A stretch of DNA of 64,000 nt from Oculina patagonica (Eukaryota). Location: the NCBI RefSeq assembly GCF_052425735.1, contig NC_135761.1, positions 34,038,001-34,102,000 of the forward strand, read 5' to 3'. Under the pieces are notes generated by a model that saw only the letters and a list, made by a program, of their open reading frames with translations, was not told the origin of the DNA and did not search any database. Made by a program: the position numbers and the translations under genes. Shown here in pieces: positions 1 to 13,079 of the stretch; position 1 is the first letter of the stretch, and the number at the start of each line of letters is the position of its first letter.

Positions 1-349
1 TTAACACGCAGATGCAAAAGAGATTGATATAAAACAATGAGGCTTCCAGTTCTGTGCCTTGCATGGAGGAAAGAACAGTTCTGAATATCAACAGGCTTTT
101 CAAATACTTATTGAAATTAACTTAAATAATATTAATATACATTATTCTTTATATTGAAAAGGCGTCATTAGGTCTTTGCCATGATAAGATATTTTATTTA
201 AACAATTAATTCATTGTTTTTCTCACTGTTCATTTAGATGTTTCACAACAGCAAGATGAAGCGTTTACTGGAAACATTTCTGTAGAAGAAAATAAACAAT
301 TGAAGAGAGTAAAAAGACGCAGAGAGAGCAGCGGAAGTTGGGGAGAAGA

Positions 350-530
350 GAGGAATGCCTGCTTCAGGGCTATTCAAGAGAAAACTCATGTAGTAGTGAG
401 CTACTTTGACCTACATACCCAATCACACCATGATAAGGTACTCAAGCCAGTGTTTGGTGTCTGTGATTATTGGTATCGTTATGAATTTGCCAAGACACAC
501 ACCAACTGCTGCATGAAGGCTTATGAGGAT
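350..530 (+). pseudogene. Helitron/Helentron-type Rep (HUH) domain fragment; further copies at ~1485-1660, ~2600-2780, ~4465-4635 and ~10950-11120
   Basis: Translates as VVSYFDL..QS..DKVLKPVFGVCDYWYRYEFAK. The 4570-4630 and 11060-11120 copies continue DYWYRYEFARSLGQIYWH, matching the Helitron Rep motif-2 context (YWxRxEF..RG..HxH). Confidence 0.75.
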
Positions 531-813
531 GTTCCACAACAGCAACCCTTTTCAAGCCATTTACAGATGGAATTCAACCAATAAGCAGCCTAAAATTTGG
601 AATATTTAACTTGAAATGTGGACCAAATTAATTTATCACTGTTCTCAGCTAATATTTCTAAAACATTTTTTTATTTTTTGTATTACCGTTTTCTTTCCCA
701 TCTTTGTTTGTTTTATTTGTGTATTATAAAAAATTGTTTCTTAAATGTATTATTTCTTCAAATTGGTTTCAAAGTTGGTTGGGTTTTAGAAGCCGTGAAG
801 TTGTTATTTTACG

Positions 814-1143
814 ATGGTTTACTCACAAGCGCAATTAGAAGAGAAAATTATTCAGTCAACTGATCTGATGTCGCAGTCTTATCAGATATGTTTGGAAATT
901 TATCAAACACCAAAGGTAGATATTATTATCAAACTTGATGATTTCAAAAAGCAATTACCTACAGCTGACTTGGATGTTGTGGAAGAAGAATTTGAGAAGA
1001 GTTTGTTGCTGTTTACTGAGATTAAGAAGATGATTTCTGAGGAGCGAAAGCGTCGTCGTTATGTTCAGCAGCTGAAGAATAAAAAGAGGCTTACTAATGT
1101 GAAGACGAATGTTAAATTAACACGCAGATGCAAAAGAGATTGA
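814..1143 (+). CDS. 109-aa helical/coiled-coil ORF with basic C-terminus, in the tandem-repeat unit (copy 1); unknown function
   Basis: ATG-initiated open ORF with a basic ERKRRR...KNKKR tail; duplicated at 1944-2273 with one amino-acid change. Confidence 0.4.
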   Translation: MVYSQAQLEEKIIQSTDLMSQSYQICLEIYQTPKVDIIIKLDDFKKQLPTADLDVVEEEFEKSLLLFTEIKKMISEERKRRRYVQQLKNKKRLTNVKTNVKLTRRCKRD

Positions 1144-1943
1144 TATAAAACAATGAGGCTTCCAGTTCTGTGCCTTGCAGGGAGGAAAGAACAGTTCTGA
1201 ATATCAACAGGCTTTTCAAATACTTATTGAAATTAACATTAATAATATTAATATATACACTGTACATTACCGGTATTCTTTATATCAAAAAGGCATCATT
1301 AGGTCTTTACTATGATTAGATATCTTATTTAAACAATTTATTCATTGCTTTTCTTACTGTTCATTTAGATATTTCACAACAGCAAGAAGATGAAGCGTTT
1401 ACTGGAGACATTTCTGAAGAAAATAAAAAATTCAAGAGAGGAAAAAGACGAAGTGGAAGCAGCGGGAGTTGGGGAGAAGAGACCAATGCCTGCTTCAGGG
1501 CTATTCAAGAGAAACCTCGAGTAGGAGTGAGCTACTTTGACCTACATACCCAGTCACACCATGATAAGGTACTCAAGCCAGTGTTTGGTGTCTGTGATTA
1601 TTGGTATCGTTATGAATTTGCCAAGACACACACCAACTGCTGCATGAAGGCTTATGAGGATGTTTCACAACAGCAAGCCTTTTCAAGACATTTACAGATG
1701 GAATTCAACCAATAAGCAGCCTACAATTTAAAATATTTAACTTGAAATGTAAACCAAATTAATTTATCACTGTTCTCAGCTAATATTTCTAAATTTTGTT
1801 TTATTTTTTGTATTACCGTTTTCTTTCCCATCTATGTTTGTTTTATTTGTGTATTATAAAAAATTGTTTCTTAAATGTATTATTTCTTCAAATTGGTTTC
1901 AAAGTTGGTTGGGTTTTAGAAGCCGTGAAGTTGTTATTTTACG

Positions 1944-2273
1944 ATGGTTTACTCACAAGCGCAATTAGAAGAGAAAATTATTCAGTCAACTGATTTGATG
2001 TCGCAGTTTTATCAGATATGTTTGGAAATTTATCAAACACCAAAGGTAGATATTATTATCAAACTTGATGATTTCAAAAAGCAATTACCTACAGCTGACT
2101 TGGATGTTGTGGAAGAAGAATTTGAGAAGAGTTTGTTGCTGTTTACTGAGATTAAGAAGATGATTTCTGAGGAGCGAAAGCGTCGTCGTTATGTTCAGCA
2201 GCTGAAGAATAAAAAGAGGCTTACTAATGTGAAGACGAATGTTAAATTAACACGCAGATGCAAAAGAGATTGA
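1944..2273 (+). CDS. 109-aa ORF, tandem copy 2
   Basis: Near-identical to 814-1143 (one S>F substitution). Confidence 0.4.
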   Translation: MVYSQAQLEEKIIQSTDLMSQFYQICLEIYQTPKVDIIIKLDDFKKQLPTADLDVVEEEFEKSLLLFTEIKKMISEERKRRRYVQQLKNKKRLTNVKTNVKLTRRCKRD

Positions 2274-3167
2274 TATAAAACAATGAGGCTTCCAGTTCTG
2301 TGCCTTGCACGGAGGAAAGAACAGTTCTGAATATCAACAGGCTTTTCAAATACTTATTGAAATTAACTTAAATAATATTAATATACATTATTCTTTATAT
2401 TGAAAAGGCGTCATTAGGTCTTTGCCATGATAAGATATTTTATTTAAACAATTAATTCATTGTTTTTCTCACTGTTCATTTAGATGTTTCACAACAGCAA
2501 GAAGATGAAGCGTTTACTGGAGACATTTCTGAAGAAAATAAAAAATTCAAGAGAGGAAAAAGACGTAGAGAAAGCAGCGGGAGTTGGGGAAAAGATAGCA
2601 ATGCCTGCTTCAAGTCTATTCAAGAGAAATCTTGTGTAGTAGGGAGCTACTTTGACCTACATACCCTGTCACACCATGATAAGGTACTCAAGCCAGTGTT
2701 TGGTGTCTGTGATTATTGGTATCGTTATGAATTTGTCAAGACACACACCAACTGCTGCATGAAGGCTTATGAGGATGTTCCACAACAGCAAGCCTTTTCA
2801 AGCTATTTACAGATGGATTTCAACCAATAAGCAGCCTAAAATTTGGAATATTTAACTTGAAATGTAAAATTTATCACTGTTCTCAGCTAATATTTCTCAA
2901 TTGTTTCCTAATTATTTTCTGTATTATCATTTCGTTTCCCTCTCTATTTGTTTAATTTGTGCATTATAAAATAATTCAGAAGCAAAAATTTTATTCATAA
3001 CATATATTGTACTACAGAAGTGATGCGTTTTGGTGTGGCAATGCTCAACATGGCACCCAAATATGCTATCAAACCACCAGTTAATATTGATATTTTTATC
3101 ACGCTTTTACCGTGCAGTAAAACGCAGTTAATGGAAAATGAAGACAGTTCGGTCAAAGCCTATTTTA

Positions 3168-3452
3168 GGTTATCGACTCCTTTCCAAAGTGGCTAGACGC
3201 TTTCACCGCCTACATGTTGGTGATCGTCGCAGTCCATCCTACCCGGGCCCTAAAGCTCATTAAGTACTAGCAGATTATCAGTAAGGCCGTTTCAAAGTTC
3301 AAGGGTCTAGCTTGGCTGACCTACGACGAGCAGTTTCTGTCGTCGCGCTGCCTACGATCTTTCTATAGCATGGAATAAAAATCGACCTAGAACTTTGGAC
3401 CATAACCTTCTCTGGCCTCGCTAAGCCACATTGTTCTGTGTGCTCTAGCCCC
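3168..3452 (+). pseudogene. DIRS/Ngaro-type (tyrosine-recombinase retrotransposon) gag-like fragment
   Basis: Manual translation: VIDSFPKWLDAFTAYMLVIVAVHPTRALKLIKY*QIISKAVSKFKGLAWLTYDEQF/RRAAYDLSIAWNK/IDLELW. This has the W..AF..Y...P.R...L..Y...W..YD.QFR...W..ID..LW pattern; one stop and two frameshifts. Confidence 0.7.
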
Positions 3453-3947
3453 TTAGCACTACAAAAGTGATGTGTTTTGGTGTGGCAATGCTCAACATGG
3501 CACCCAAATATGCTATCAAACCACCAGTTAACATTGATATTTTTAACAGTTTTACAGGCAGTGCCAACTTAAGACAGATAAGGGCTACTAGGAGGCTAAC
3601 TTTTTACTCCCTCTCAACCAAAGGCAATTCCACAAAATAACAAATGAATAGCAAAAAGAAGTTTTGAATGCTCTATAAACTAGTTTAATCAACAAGATAT
3701 TTTAAATGAATTAAAAACTATTAGGAATCTTACTGGGAACTACTTTCTATACCAGAAATAATTGATTTCCTTTCTCAGCAGGATAATCCCATTGAAATTA
3801 GTGTGACAGAAGACCTGACTATGGAAGAGCTGGAAAAGCTTACAAAGAATGAGCTCAAGACCAAATATAAGGCTGGTGGCTATAATGTATGTCATCACTG
3901 CTAAAGAACAGTGAATGTGTAAAAGTGTTTTGGAGACTTAAGCATAC

Positions 3948-5425
3948 AGGCCAAAACCAGCAGTGAAATCAAAGTCACAGGAGCTTTGTACCTTGGTGTA
4001 GTAAGTAGTCAATGTGTATTTACCGAGTGGAGACTAGGTCCAAGTGATGACATGTTGTGAAAAAGAAACGTGTGCTCGACGTATGGGTCGAACAGCAGAT
4101 GAATATTGTCATAAATTCCGTTGCGTTATGGAATAAAACGTTCATGTTCAGAGTTACAGGAGCTTTGTACCTTGGTGTAGTAAGTAGAAACATGGATTGC
4201 CTTCACTTTTCATGGCTTTTCCCTACTATCAAGACTACTGAAAGCAATATCGAGGCAAAAAAGAATGAAAGCTTTGAAAAGGTGAGAACTCCTAAAGAAG
4301 GAAAGGAATATTAAGATAAACAGCTATTAACGAACACTTAATGTGATGTGATCGATGAAGAAGATGAGGGTTTACTGAAAACATTTCTGAAGAAAAAATA
4401 AACAAATCAAGAGAGGAAGCATTGGAAGATGAAGAAGTAACAGTAGTTCAGGCAAAAAATAGCAAACCCTGCTTCAAGGCCATTCAAGAGCAAAGTCATG
4501 TAGTAGTGAGCTACTTTGACCTATGTACCCAGTCATATCAATAAAAGGTATCCAAGTCAGTGTTTTGTGTCTGTGATTATTGGTATCGTTATGAATTTGC
4601 TAGGTCTTTGGGTCAAATTTATTGGCACCAACATCTGATTTTTCGTGGGGATGTTTTTTGTTTAAGTGAAGGGGGGTTTTAAGGGAGGGTTGGTTGTTTT
4701 TAGAGAAGAGGGACTTCTCTGCAAGGTATTTCCCACCAGGCTGGGAAACTTGGGTTGACTCTCATAGTCAGGGAATCAAAATATTCTATCCCATGGGGGT
4801 CAAAATATTCATTTCATGGTCGCCTTAAAATATTCTCTGGGGGGTGAGGGGGGTTTTGTTGAAATGCAGAGGGCATTTCAAGAGAATATTTCTTTTATTT
4901 TTACCAAAGTAGCCCTTCAGGAGAGACAGATAATGATTACACAATTTTATTTTGCCATAGTTGTAATTTAACATAGCCTATGGACATGAGGATCTAACTG
5001 TAATATTTCTAGCTATCATAGCAGCAGTCCTGCCGAGAGCTAACAAAGGAACAACTTAGGATAAATAGAAAAACAACAACGTCAGTTATATATAAATTCC
5101 TGTCAGTGGTTGACAACTTGAAGTAGTTTAATGTGCACTGGCTTCTCAGATCAACCAACTAAAGAGAGACAGCCAGCCAAACCAGCTTTTGCATGAGGCA
5201 AAAAGAAAGGAAACGTTTGAGCTACAAAAAACCTACAACAAAAGAAGGAAGGAAAAAACCCTGAAAGTCTCAGTTCAGTTTAATTTCAGAGAATTATGAT
5301 TATTGACTAGTCGATGTTATTGATTAGTCAATGATTTCATAGATGACTCATCAAGCATTCACACAACACTACTATCAAAGTACATCTGGGACCTGAGAGA
5401 CAATAACACAGACTTTTCAATTAAA
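3948..5425. repeat. Segmental duplication block; the second copy spans 9035-13079 and is interrupted by extra sequence
   Basis: 3948-4337 ~ 9035-9243; 4340-5288 ~ 10818-11766; 5298-5424 ~ 12953-13079. Confidence 0.9.
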
Positions 5426-5852
5426 CAAGAAGTTCTGGTATAAAAGGCCTGGCTCCTCCTCCTGTTCCCGCCTCTGAATTCAAAATGTGAAAAAATGGCG
5501 GACAACTGCCGTTTGACAGATACATATTCTAAAAATTGAGTCAATAGAAAAAAAATCAAGCCTTCTTCTTTTTCAGCATTAGCCCTATTATTGTATGCGA
5601 AATCACTGAAATTTTGGTGCGATTCGTGTTTGCAGTTCAAATTTGTCGCCGTATTGGGAGCATGACCTTTGACTGAGGCCTGTTCCTCCCACCAAATCTC
5701 TTAATATCAAGCCTGCATTCGAATTGAAAAGCAGCATTCAACTATTATGTATGTGTGTGATTCTTTCCAACTATTTTCCGACCTTACAGAGTCGGTTTTT
5801 GAGAGCACTTCGACTTGTTTCGACTTCGCTTGTACTGGCAGGAAAGCTAAAA

Positions 5853-7770
5853 ATGGCTGAGCAACTACCGGTGTCCGAGAAACCGAAACGCGATAGAAAT
5901 CATTGCACTTTACAGTTCGAAGCTCCATTGGAGGAAACTTCCAGGATAGAAGCGTTAAGAGATAGGGTAAAAGAGTGTAAGCTTCGCTGACAAGTGGAGA
6001 ATAATACAGAGTGGCTCGAAAGGGTTTTGGATGTTGTCGAGATGATGCAATCTAGCTCAGCTAGTCCATTGAGTCAGCCATCTTCTCCGACTCCAAGCCC
6101 CTTTCTAACGCCTTTAACACCTCCACAAGGTAGATATTTTTCATCTAGCATTTCCCCGGGTTCATCTCCTATTCTTTTCCCAAGTCCACCTGGCTCGTAT
6201 CTCTTCTCCTGTGGCCGTAACTCCGCCATCAGGCCAACGACATGTGGAGAAACACAAACCAGTTGAGGAAGATGACGGCAACTACTTTGTGGCCTCTACA
6301 GCAACTGTTCACCGGCTATTGAAATCTTTGACTGAATTGAACGGGAAATGCCCAAGTTGTCACAGAGTAATGCTTTTAGAGACAAGGTACATGCAGCGAA
6401 GGGGGCACATCGGAAGAGTGTCGGTGCGGTGTCAGCGAAACCATGAAGTTGTGTGGTTTAGCTCACCGATCGCTAACTCGAAGTTTTTGATAAATTCATT
6501 TTTTTATTATAGGCCGCTTTACTGGAAATTTTGCAGTTAAAAATAATATATTACAATGATTCTATATTACAATGATTTGGAAATAGTTGAATCAATAACT
6601 GGACTTTTCTGCAGCCATTTGTTATTATTTGAATGCTGGATCTTGTTATTGCAGAGCCCATGTTCTAATCGACCTAATCTAGTAGTTTCCAATATACTGT
6701 TATGTCATGTTCATTCAGTTTCCTTTCGATTCATTACATGAAGGCATCAGTGAAGTGCATTTTGTTACAATATTTGCGATAATCGGAGGCTGTTGTGTAT
6801 CTGGAAGTCATAAATCCCTTAGTCTAATATAATTTATACAGGGTGGATTTATACAAGGCAAATTCATACAAAGTGGATTTTTATAGTTTCTTGTGTTATT
6901 TCACGTCATCCAAATAATTATAATTTTCCCCCTTTTTTTGCTCTTTGTACTAGGATGATTCATAGATTTTTAAGTTCGGGGCTCACGGAAGCCCAGTTAA
7001 GGGGTTTTATGGAGGCTGCATCCCAAAGCTCTGTAGAACACACCTACCTTGATACAGGTATAACTACTACAACTTAGAACCGTTAGTGACATGATTCTAG
7101 TAACTGAAGAAAGTAGTTGGTCAATTTGTCCACAATGCATGTGTGCCAGTCTAAGACTTTTTATTAGCATATTGGTGAATTGCCCCTGGCTATTAATTTT
7201 TAGACTGCTATGTTGATAATTTGTGAACTTTGTCCAAAACTTCACAGTGTTTCATATCCACTAACCCATTCTGGCTGAAATTTGAAAGTAAGATATTCTG
7301 CAGATTACATGGCACAGAATGGGGATGTGAGTCCAAAAATGCCATGCTCCTGTGTTTATACGTCTTTTTGCCCAGAATAGTTAACAACATTTTATACTTT
7401 TGAAACTGATTTCAATGTTCACTGGTTTAACATTTTCTCTCCTTGACAGGTCATCATCTCTGATGCTCGACACGATTCAAGAAGAAGTTAGCTCACTCCA
7501 GGTTATCAAATTCTGATGTTCCCGGCCTTAAAATAATCCATATTTAACCTATTAACCAGTTACTTCAATGGTTATTGCCATTTCACAAAGCTCTGAGTGT
7601 GGTTCATGGCTGGCTACAGTTTCACACTGTCCAATGCAATAAGCTCTCATCTGGTTACTGTACACAATCAAGAAGAAAACGATTACATTCAGCACTGTCA
7701 CAAGAGAGAGAGATCATGGATAGGGCTGAATGGTCGAAGTGTAGAAGGTTCAATTGTATGGACAAACAAC
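5853..7770 (+). pseudogene. Degenerate spliced Kolobok-like DDE transposase
   Basis: ATG 5853, in-frame stop 5988, frameshift ~6200. Contains CPSC...GH...C..NH..WFSSP...IN, then exon-like RMIHRFLSSGL (~6954) and VIISDARHDS (~7451), each after an AG acceptor. Confidence 0.5.
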
Positions 7771-10700
7771 TAAGTAGCTTAATTAATTAACTCATCTGGG
7801 TAAGGCCCTTTAAATATCGTTTCTTCAGGAACGATGACCAAAAAAATCACCGAAAATTCATTCTTCGTCCCATCCCCACAAAACTTGGCAGAATGCATGA
7901 CAAGGGAATTACCCAGTCCCGAAGCAAATTTGAGCTAATATACTACTCAACATAGAACACACGATATTCTCGCATTTTCAGTTTCACAAACCGAACATGG
8001 CGTCAGCTGCGAAGAGGTCGCGAACGGTTGCTGTGAGCGTTGAAAGAGTTTAAGAGCTTTTAGAAGAAGAAGATAGTTGCAATGAAGGTATGTCAAGCGA
8101 TAAAGAAAGCAATCTAGATCGTCAACTGCAAAGTTCAAGCGACGAATCAAGGTAAGAGTTGAGTAAACTATACTACATATGTTACTGCGTAAGCTCGCAC
8201 GTGGTCTGAAATGCAATGAAATGTGTTTTATCGTTGCTCTTTACATTCGAAACGTTGACTACTGCTTTGAATAAGTATCTAGATTTACATTTGAGTATCA
8301 GGAAATCAATATATTTGAAGTAAAAGGGTTTTTGTGGCAACAGAAGATAAAAATGTATTGTGGTGTTCTAAACTCATAAACATAAAATTTTTGTCTAGCG
8401 GTTCAGATTTTATTCTCGGCATCTGCTTACTCAAATAAAACTCCAACACTCTATAAATGGAGTTATAGTCAATGCATTCTGTTTTCTATACTTTTGGTAA
8501 TTGGTATTTTGACTTTTTAGTTGTTCTCGTAAACATGACATGTTTTTGGTTTTAACCTCAGTACACACTGTGTTTTATCCCATTATGGTTTTTGCATTAC
8601 TACTCATGCAGATTAGAAATACAAATGTTTTTTCATTGAGCTGACAATTATGATGATATGTTTATCTGTTAATTCTCTTTAAACATAGAAATTGAATAAT
8701 TTAGAATAACTGTCGTTTCAATATATATCAGGAATTTATCTCACTATTATAATTTTGCATTTACTGTCATTTATCGTACACCTCTTTTCAATACTTTTTC
8801 TTTTATCTATGTGTAAAGGTCAAGAGATCTTTAGAGAAAAGACTGGCAATCATGGCCTGGTTTTCTGCAATCCTAATACGTTGCTGCTTTTCATATTCAC
8901 TTTCTTCAACTACAAGATGCATCTTTGCAAGACGTTTTTGAGATTTACGGACCTGGAAATCTACATAGAATTCGTGCAAAGAGAATTCACCATACCAAGC
9001 GACGCTTAGAAAGTGGCGCCAAAACTGATCGTGTAGGCCAAAACCAGCAGTGAAATCAGAGCTTTTTACCTTGGTGTAGTAAGTAGTCAATGAGAAACAT
9101 GGATGCCTTCACTTCTCATGCCTTTCCCCTACTATAAAGACCATTGAAAGCAATATCGAGGTGAAAAAGAATAAAAGCTTGGAAAAGGTGAGAATTCCTA
9201 AAGAAGGAAAGGAATATTAAGATAAACAGCTATTAACGAACACATGACAACTTCATCTCGATTTGAGTGTGTACCGCAAATTTTGCGGTCGTTAAGAATT
9301 CATATATTCAGTCTATTGTTCTAGCTCATTACATATTCCCGCCGAGTAGTTTGCCGAGAATGTGGCATATTTCCGAAGAGCCAAAAGAGCGCAAACGCTT
9401 TGATGTAGGTGAGACTCTTTCCTTTCGTTTTGCGAAATTCAATAAAACCTCTGGGACTAACTTGCTGCTTGATTGATTCTGAAATGTCACTGTTTAGCGT
9501 GCTGCAAGCCGGCGACAAGAAGCGAACAACTTTTGCGGAGAGTTTTGCGGAGACCACTCAAAAAATATATATATATCAAGTAGTATTTAAAACAATGTTG
9601 GCTTAGCAGACACCAACAATCCCGTTGTTGTCATTGCTGAAATGCACTGAACCTCGCAAAATAAATTTAAAATGCTGTACAACAACCTTCGACTTAAACA
9701 ATCGTTTCGCTTGCAATTGCAAATGTAAACATTGCTGTCGCTTGTGTAAATAAAAGTTTCTCAGGCGAAAATAACCTCGATTTCTTGTCTATACACTTCG
9801 AGGATTTTTTTTTCTGTGAATTAAGAAAAAAATTTCTCCGCTTGTTTCACGGATAACTTCAGTTCCTTCGTTTTAATTTATCGAAAGCAAAACTTAAAAC
9901 TCGAATTCTGAGTTGTTAATTTCATATGTCGGCGCGACAAAAAGTCGCGGAATGTTTTTGAACAAACTTCAAGATTTGACACGAAAAATTAAACACAACC
10001 TTTTATAGAAAAACATCCGTATTAAATAATGCCAGGTAACAGTACTTGAAGAAAGTAACTATTAAAATGTGATAGGTTACGTTTTAGTTGTTTGTTTAAC
10101 TGAAGCGCTCACGTCGATCTTTCGCCAAAAATATTAAATCCGGTTGACTAATTAAAACTCCGGCTGCATACAGATTTCCACTTTTGGATTAAAACGTAGG
10201 GTAAACGCCATTCCAAATCTTCACTCCGTTTTGGATCGTTTTGATTGAGAAAAAGGCCTTACATAATTCACTTTTGTGGTCGGCAGTTACAGGATAAACA
10301 CGCGCCTTTTGTTTACAACGCAGACAATGCATAATTCCGCCGCCACTTCTTACCGAAAAAATCGAATCTCGGCTTACAGTGGTCGTCAGAAGTCGTTCAA
10401 CATCTCATTTAAATGGTCTCAAAATGCTCTGATTCTATAAATACAAATCAGTGTTCGCATTACTGGGCGGAATGTTTAAATTCTCAAAATCTTCAAACTA
10501 CTTTGACAAGTTCATTCACACATGTACGAACAAAACAGTAAACAAAAGGATACTAATTCAACTGTCCAGTTCGTAGTCGCTTAATTAACCTATTGTGTTT
10601 CTCCTTTGAAATCGGTTAAATGTCTTCCCCCTAACTATCGCACCTTTTTTCAAGTCTGACAAAACGAATGGTACCGAACACTCTTCGGCGTTATGTTCGT

Positions 10701-11769
10701 AAACACCGAAGGTATTGCCTGAAGGAATAAACCGAGCCCTCAGGGTAAAAATGTCAGCGGCTTCACCCATTTCTGAATGACACTCTCAAATCGTCGTGAA
10801 GTTGTAATGCACTGAAGGTGATGTGATCGATGAAGAAGATGAGCGTTTACTGAAAACATTTCTGAAGAAAAAATAAACAAATCAAGAGAGGAAGCAGATG
10901 TAGAGGAAGCAGTGGAAGATGAAGAAGTAACAGGAGTTCGGGCATTAATAGCAAACCCTGCTTCAAGGCTATTCAAGAAAAAAGTCATGTGGTAGTGAGC
11001 TACTTTGACCTATGTACCCAGTCATATCATTAAAAGCTATCCAAGGGAGTGTTTTGTGTCTGTGATTATTGGTATCGTTATGAATTTGCTAGGTCTTTGG
11101 GTCAAATTTATTGGCACCAAGATCTGATTTTTCGTGGGGACATTTTTTGTTTAAGGGAAGGGGGGTTTTAAGGGAGGGTTGGTTGTTTTTAGAGAAGAGG
11201 GACTTCTCAGCAAGGTATTTCCCACCAGGCTGGGATACTTGGGTTGACTCTCGTGGGCAGGGAATCAAAATATTCTATCCCATGGGGGTCAAAACATTCA
11301 TTTCATGGTCTCCTTAAAATATTCTCTGGGGGGTTTTGTTGAAATGCAGAGGGCATTTCAAGAGAATATTTCTTTTATTTTTACCAAAGTAGTCCTTCAG
11401 GAGAGACAGATAATGATTACAAAACTTCATTTTGGCGTAGTTGTAATTTAACATAGCCTATGGACATGACGATCTAACTGTAATATTTCTAGCTATCATA
11501 GCAGCAGTGCTGCCGAGAGCTAACAAAGGAACAACTTAGGATAAATAGAAAAACAACAACGTCAGTTATATATAAAATCCTGTCAGTGGTTGACAACTTG
11601 AAGTAGTTTAATGTGCACTGGCTTCTCAGATCAACCAACTAAAGAGAGACAGCCAGCCACACCAGCTGTTGCATGAGGCAAAAAGGAAGGAAAATTCGAG
11701 CTACAAAAACCAACAACAAAAAAAGGAAGGAAAAACCACAAAAGCCTCAGCTCAGTTTAATTTCAGGGA

Positions 11770-12139
11770 AGAGGAAGAGATGAGAGCAACAAATGAGTGG
11801 TTTGTACCACTTGTACGGCTTGCCCATTCATAATGTAGACTATGAGAGGGGTTTAGCCTTAAAAATATCCTTTAAAATTGTCAGAGTTCAGAGAAATAGA
11901 CTTCTAGCAGAGAGGTTGGACACACTGATGGTTATTTCAGCTGAAGGACCACTACTGCAAGAGTTAATTCCAATTTAAACATGCACTGATGATTGGAAGG
12001 CAGAGAAATCACAAAGGATTTTTCCACATCAGCCATGAACCGCGAGTAACTTTGTCCCTCAAATGTTCCTATAGGGCACCTATTTTTCAGCAGAGGGGGC
12101 CCTGGGACTCCCCAAGGCAATATCCTGGTGAGAACACTT
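11770..12139 (+). mobile_element. hAT transposon 3' end: C-terminal dimerisation-domain remnant and right TIR
   Basis: LPIHNVDYERG...RNRLLAERLDTLMVISAEGP...W..K..RIF (ZNF862-like hAT C-terminus); ends CCTGGTGAGAACACT, the reverse complement of a (C)AGTGTTCTC-type TIR. Confidence 0.7.
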
Positions 12140-12141
12140 AA

Positions 12142-12798
12142 GGACGTTCGCGCGAAAATCTTCCAACATTGCAATTTTTCTTAAAAGTTCACCAGAGCTA
12201 GTTTATCAGCTACTTTTATCAGAAATGTAAAAAAGAGTGGGGGTCACCGACTTCGTTCCCGAGATACGATAAGCAAAAGAGGGCGCGTATTTGGATAAAT
12301 TTCACTTAGTCACTCGATGTGACCTCAGCGGCTTCGGGCGACAAAATATTTTAAATGAATTGATGTAGGCTAACTTTCTTTGCCTGAATTTATTTCAGTG
12401 GGTCTATTGTACAAATATATTTCGCTTTTGAAGTCCCTTTAGGAAAATCTTGCCTTAAAGAATTGGATTTGCGAAAACTCGAGGCTGGAAAATGTGACTG
12501 ATTTGGTCGCGCGCGAGGGGAGAAAATGAAAAAATAACAAACTTTCAACATTGGAATTTCACTCCTTTTTTGTCAATCAGTTGAGATTTATCAGTAAAGG
12601 TGGTATATCCCGAAAAAAGTGGGGGTCACCGACCGTTTAAGAGAGGAAACTGCAAGCGAAGTTAACGCAACGGCTACCCACCTTATATGTGTTTGGAAAG
12701 TTTTCTCAGCGCACGCGCTCATGTATGACGTGGCATGACGTTGCAACATGAATTACGTGCGCAGTAAGGTTGAGCATAAACAATAAGCGCGAACGTCC
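12142..12798. mobile_element. MITE with TTAA TSD (Kolobok-like non-autonomous element)
   Basis: TTAA-GGACGTTCGCGC ... GCGCGAACGTCC-TTAA; internal repeat GTGGGGGTCACCGAC at ~12237 and ~12619. Confidence 0.85.
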
Positions 12799-13079
12799 TT
12801 AAGTTATCATAATTATAAATAGAAACTTCTACTTTTCCAAAATGCATGAACAACATCTCAGTACTAAAATATATAACATACTTTGCATCTTTTAGGACTC
12901 ACTGTGATAAAAGTGGCACATGATTTATATCTTATATGTTTATTGGCTTGTTGATTATTGACTTGTCGATGGTATTGATTAGTCAATAATTTCATAGATG
13001 ACTCATCAAGCATTCACACAACACTTTTATCAAAGTACGTCTGGGACCTAAGAGACAATAACACCGACTTTTCAATTAA

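Larger units (their letters stand above)
1..2970. repeat. Tandem array, unit ~1116-1130 bp, ~2.6 copies visible (may continue upstream of the window)
   Basis: TTAACACGCAGATGCAAAAGAGATTG recurs at 1, 1117 and 2247; the ORFs 618/1796 and 814/1944 are duplicated. Confidence 0.95.

Noticed and set aside
8803-9090. ORF with SEYEKQQRIRIAENQAMIASL, similar to WDR76/CMR1-type N-terminal helices
   Set aside because: Short low-complexity helix; the ORF start lies in a duplicated repeat and no supporting exons were found.
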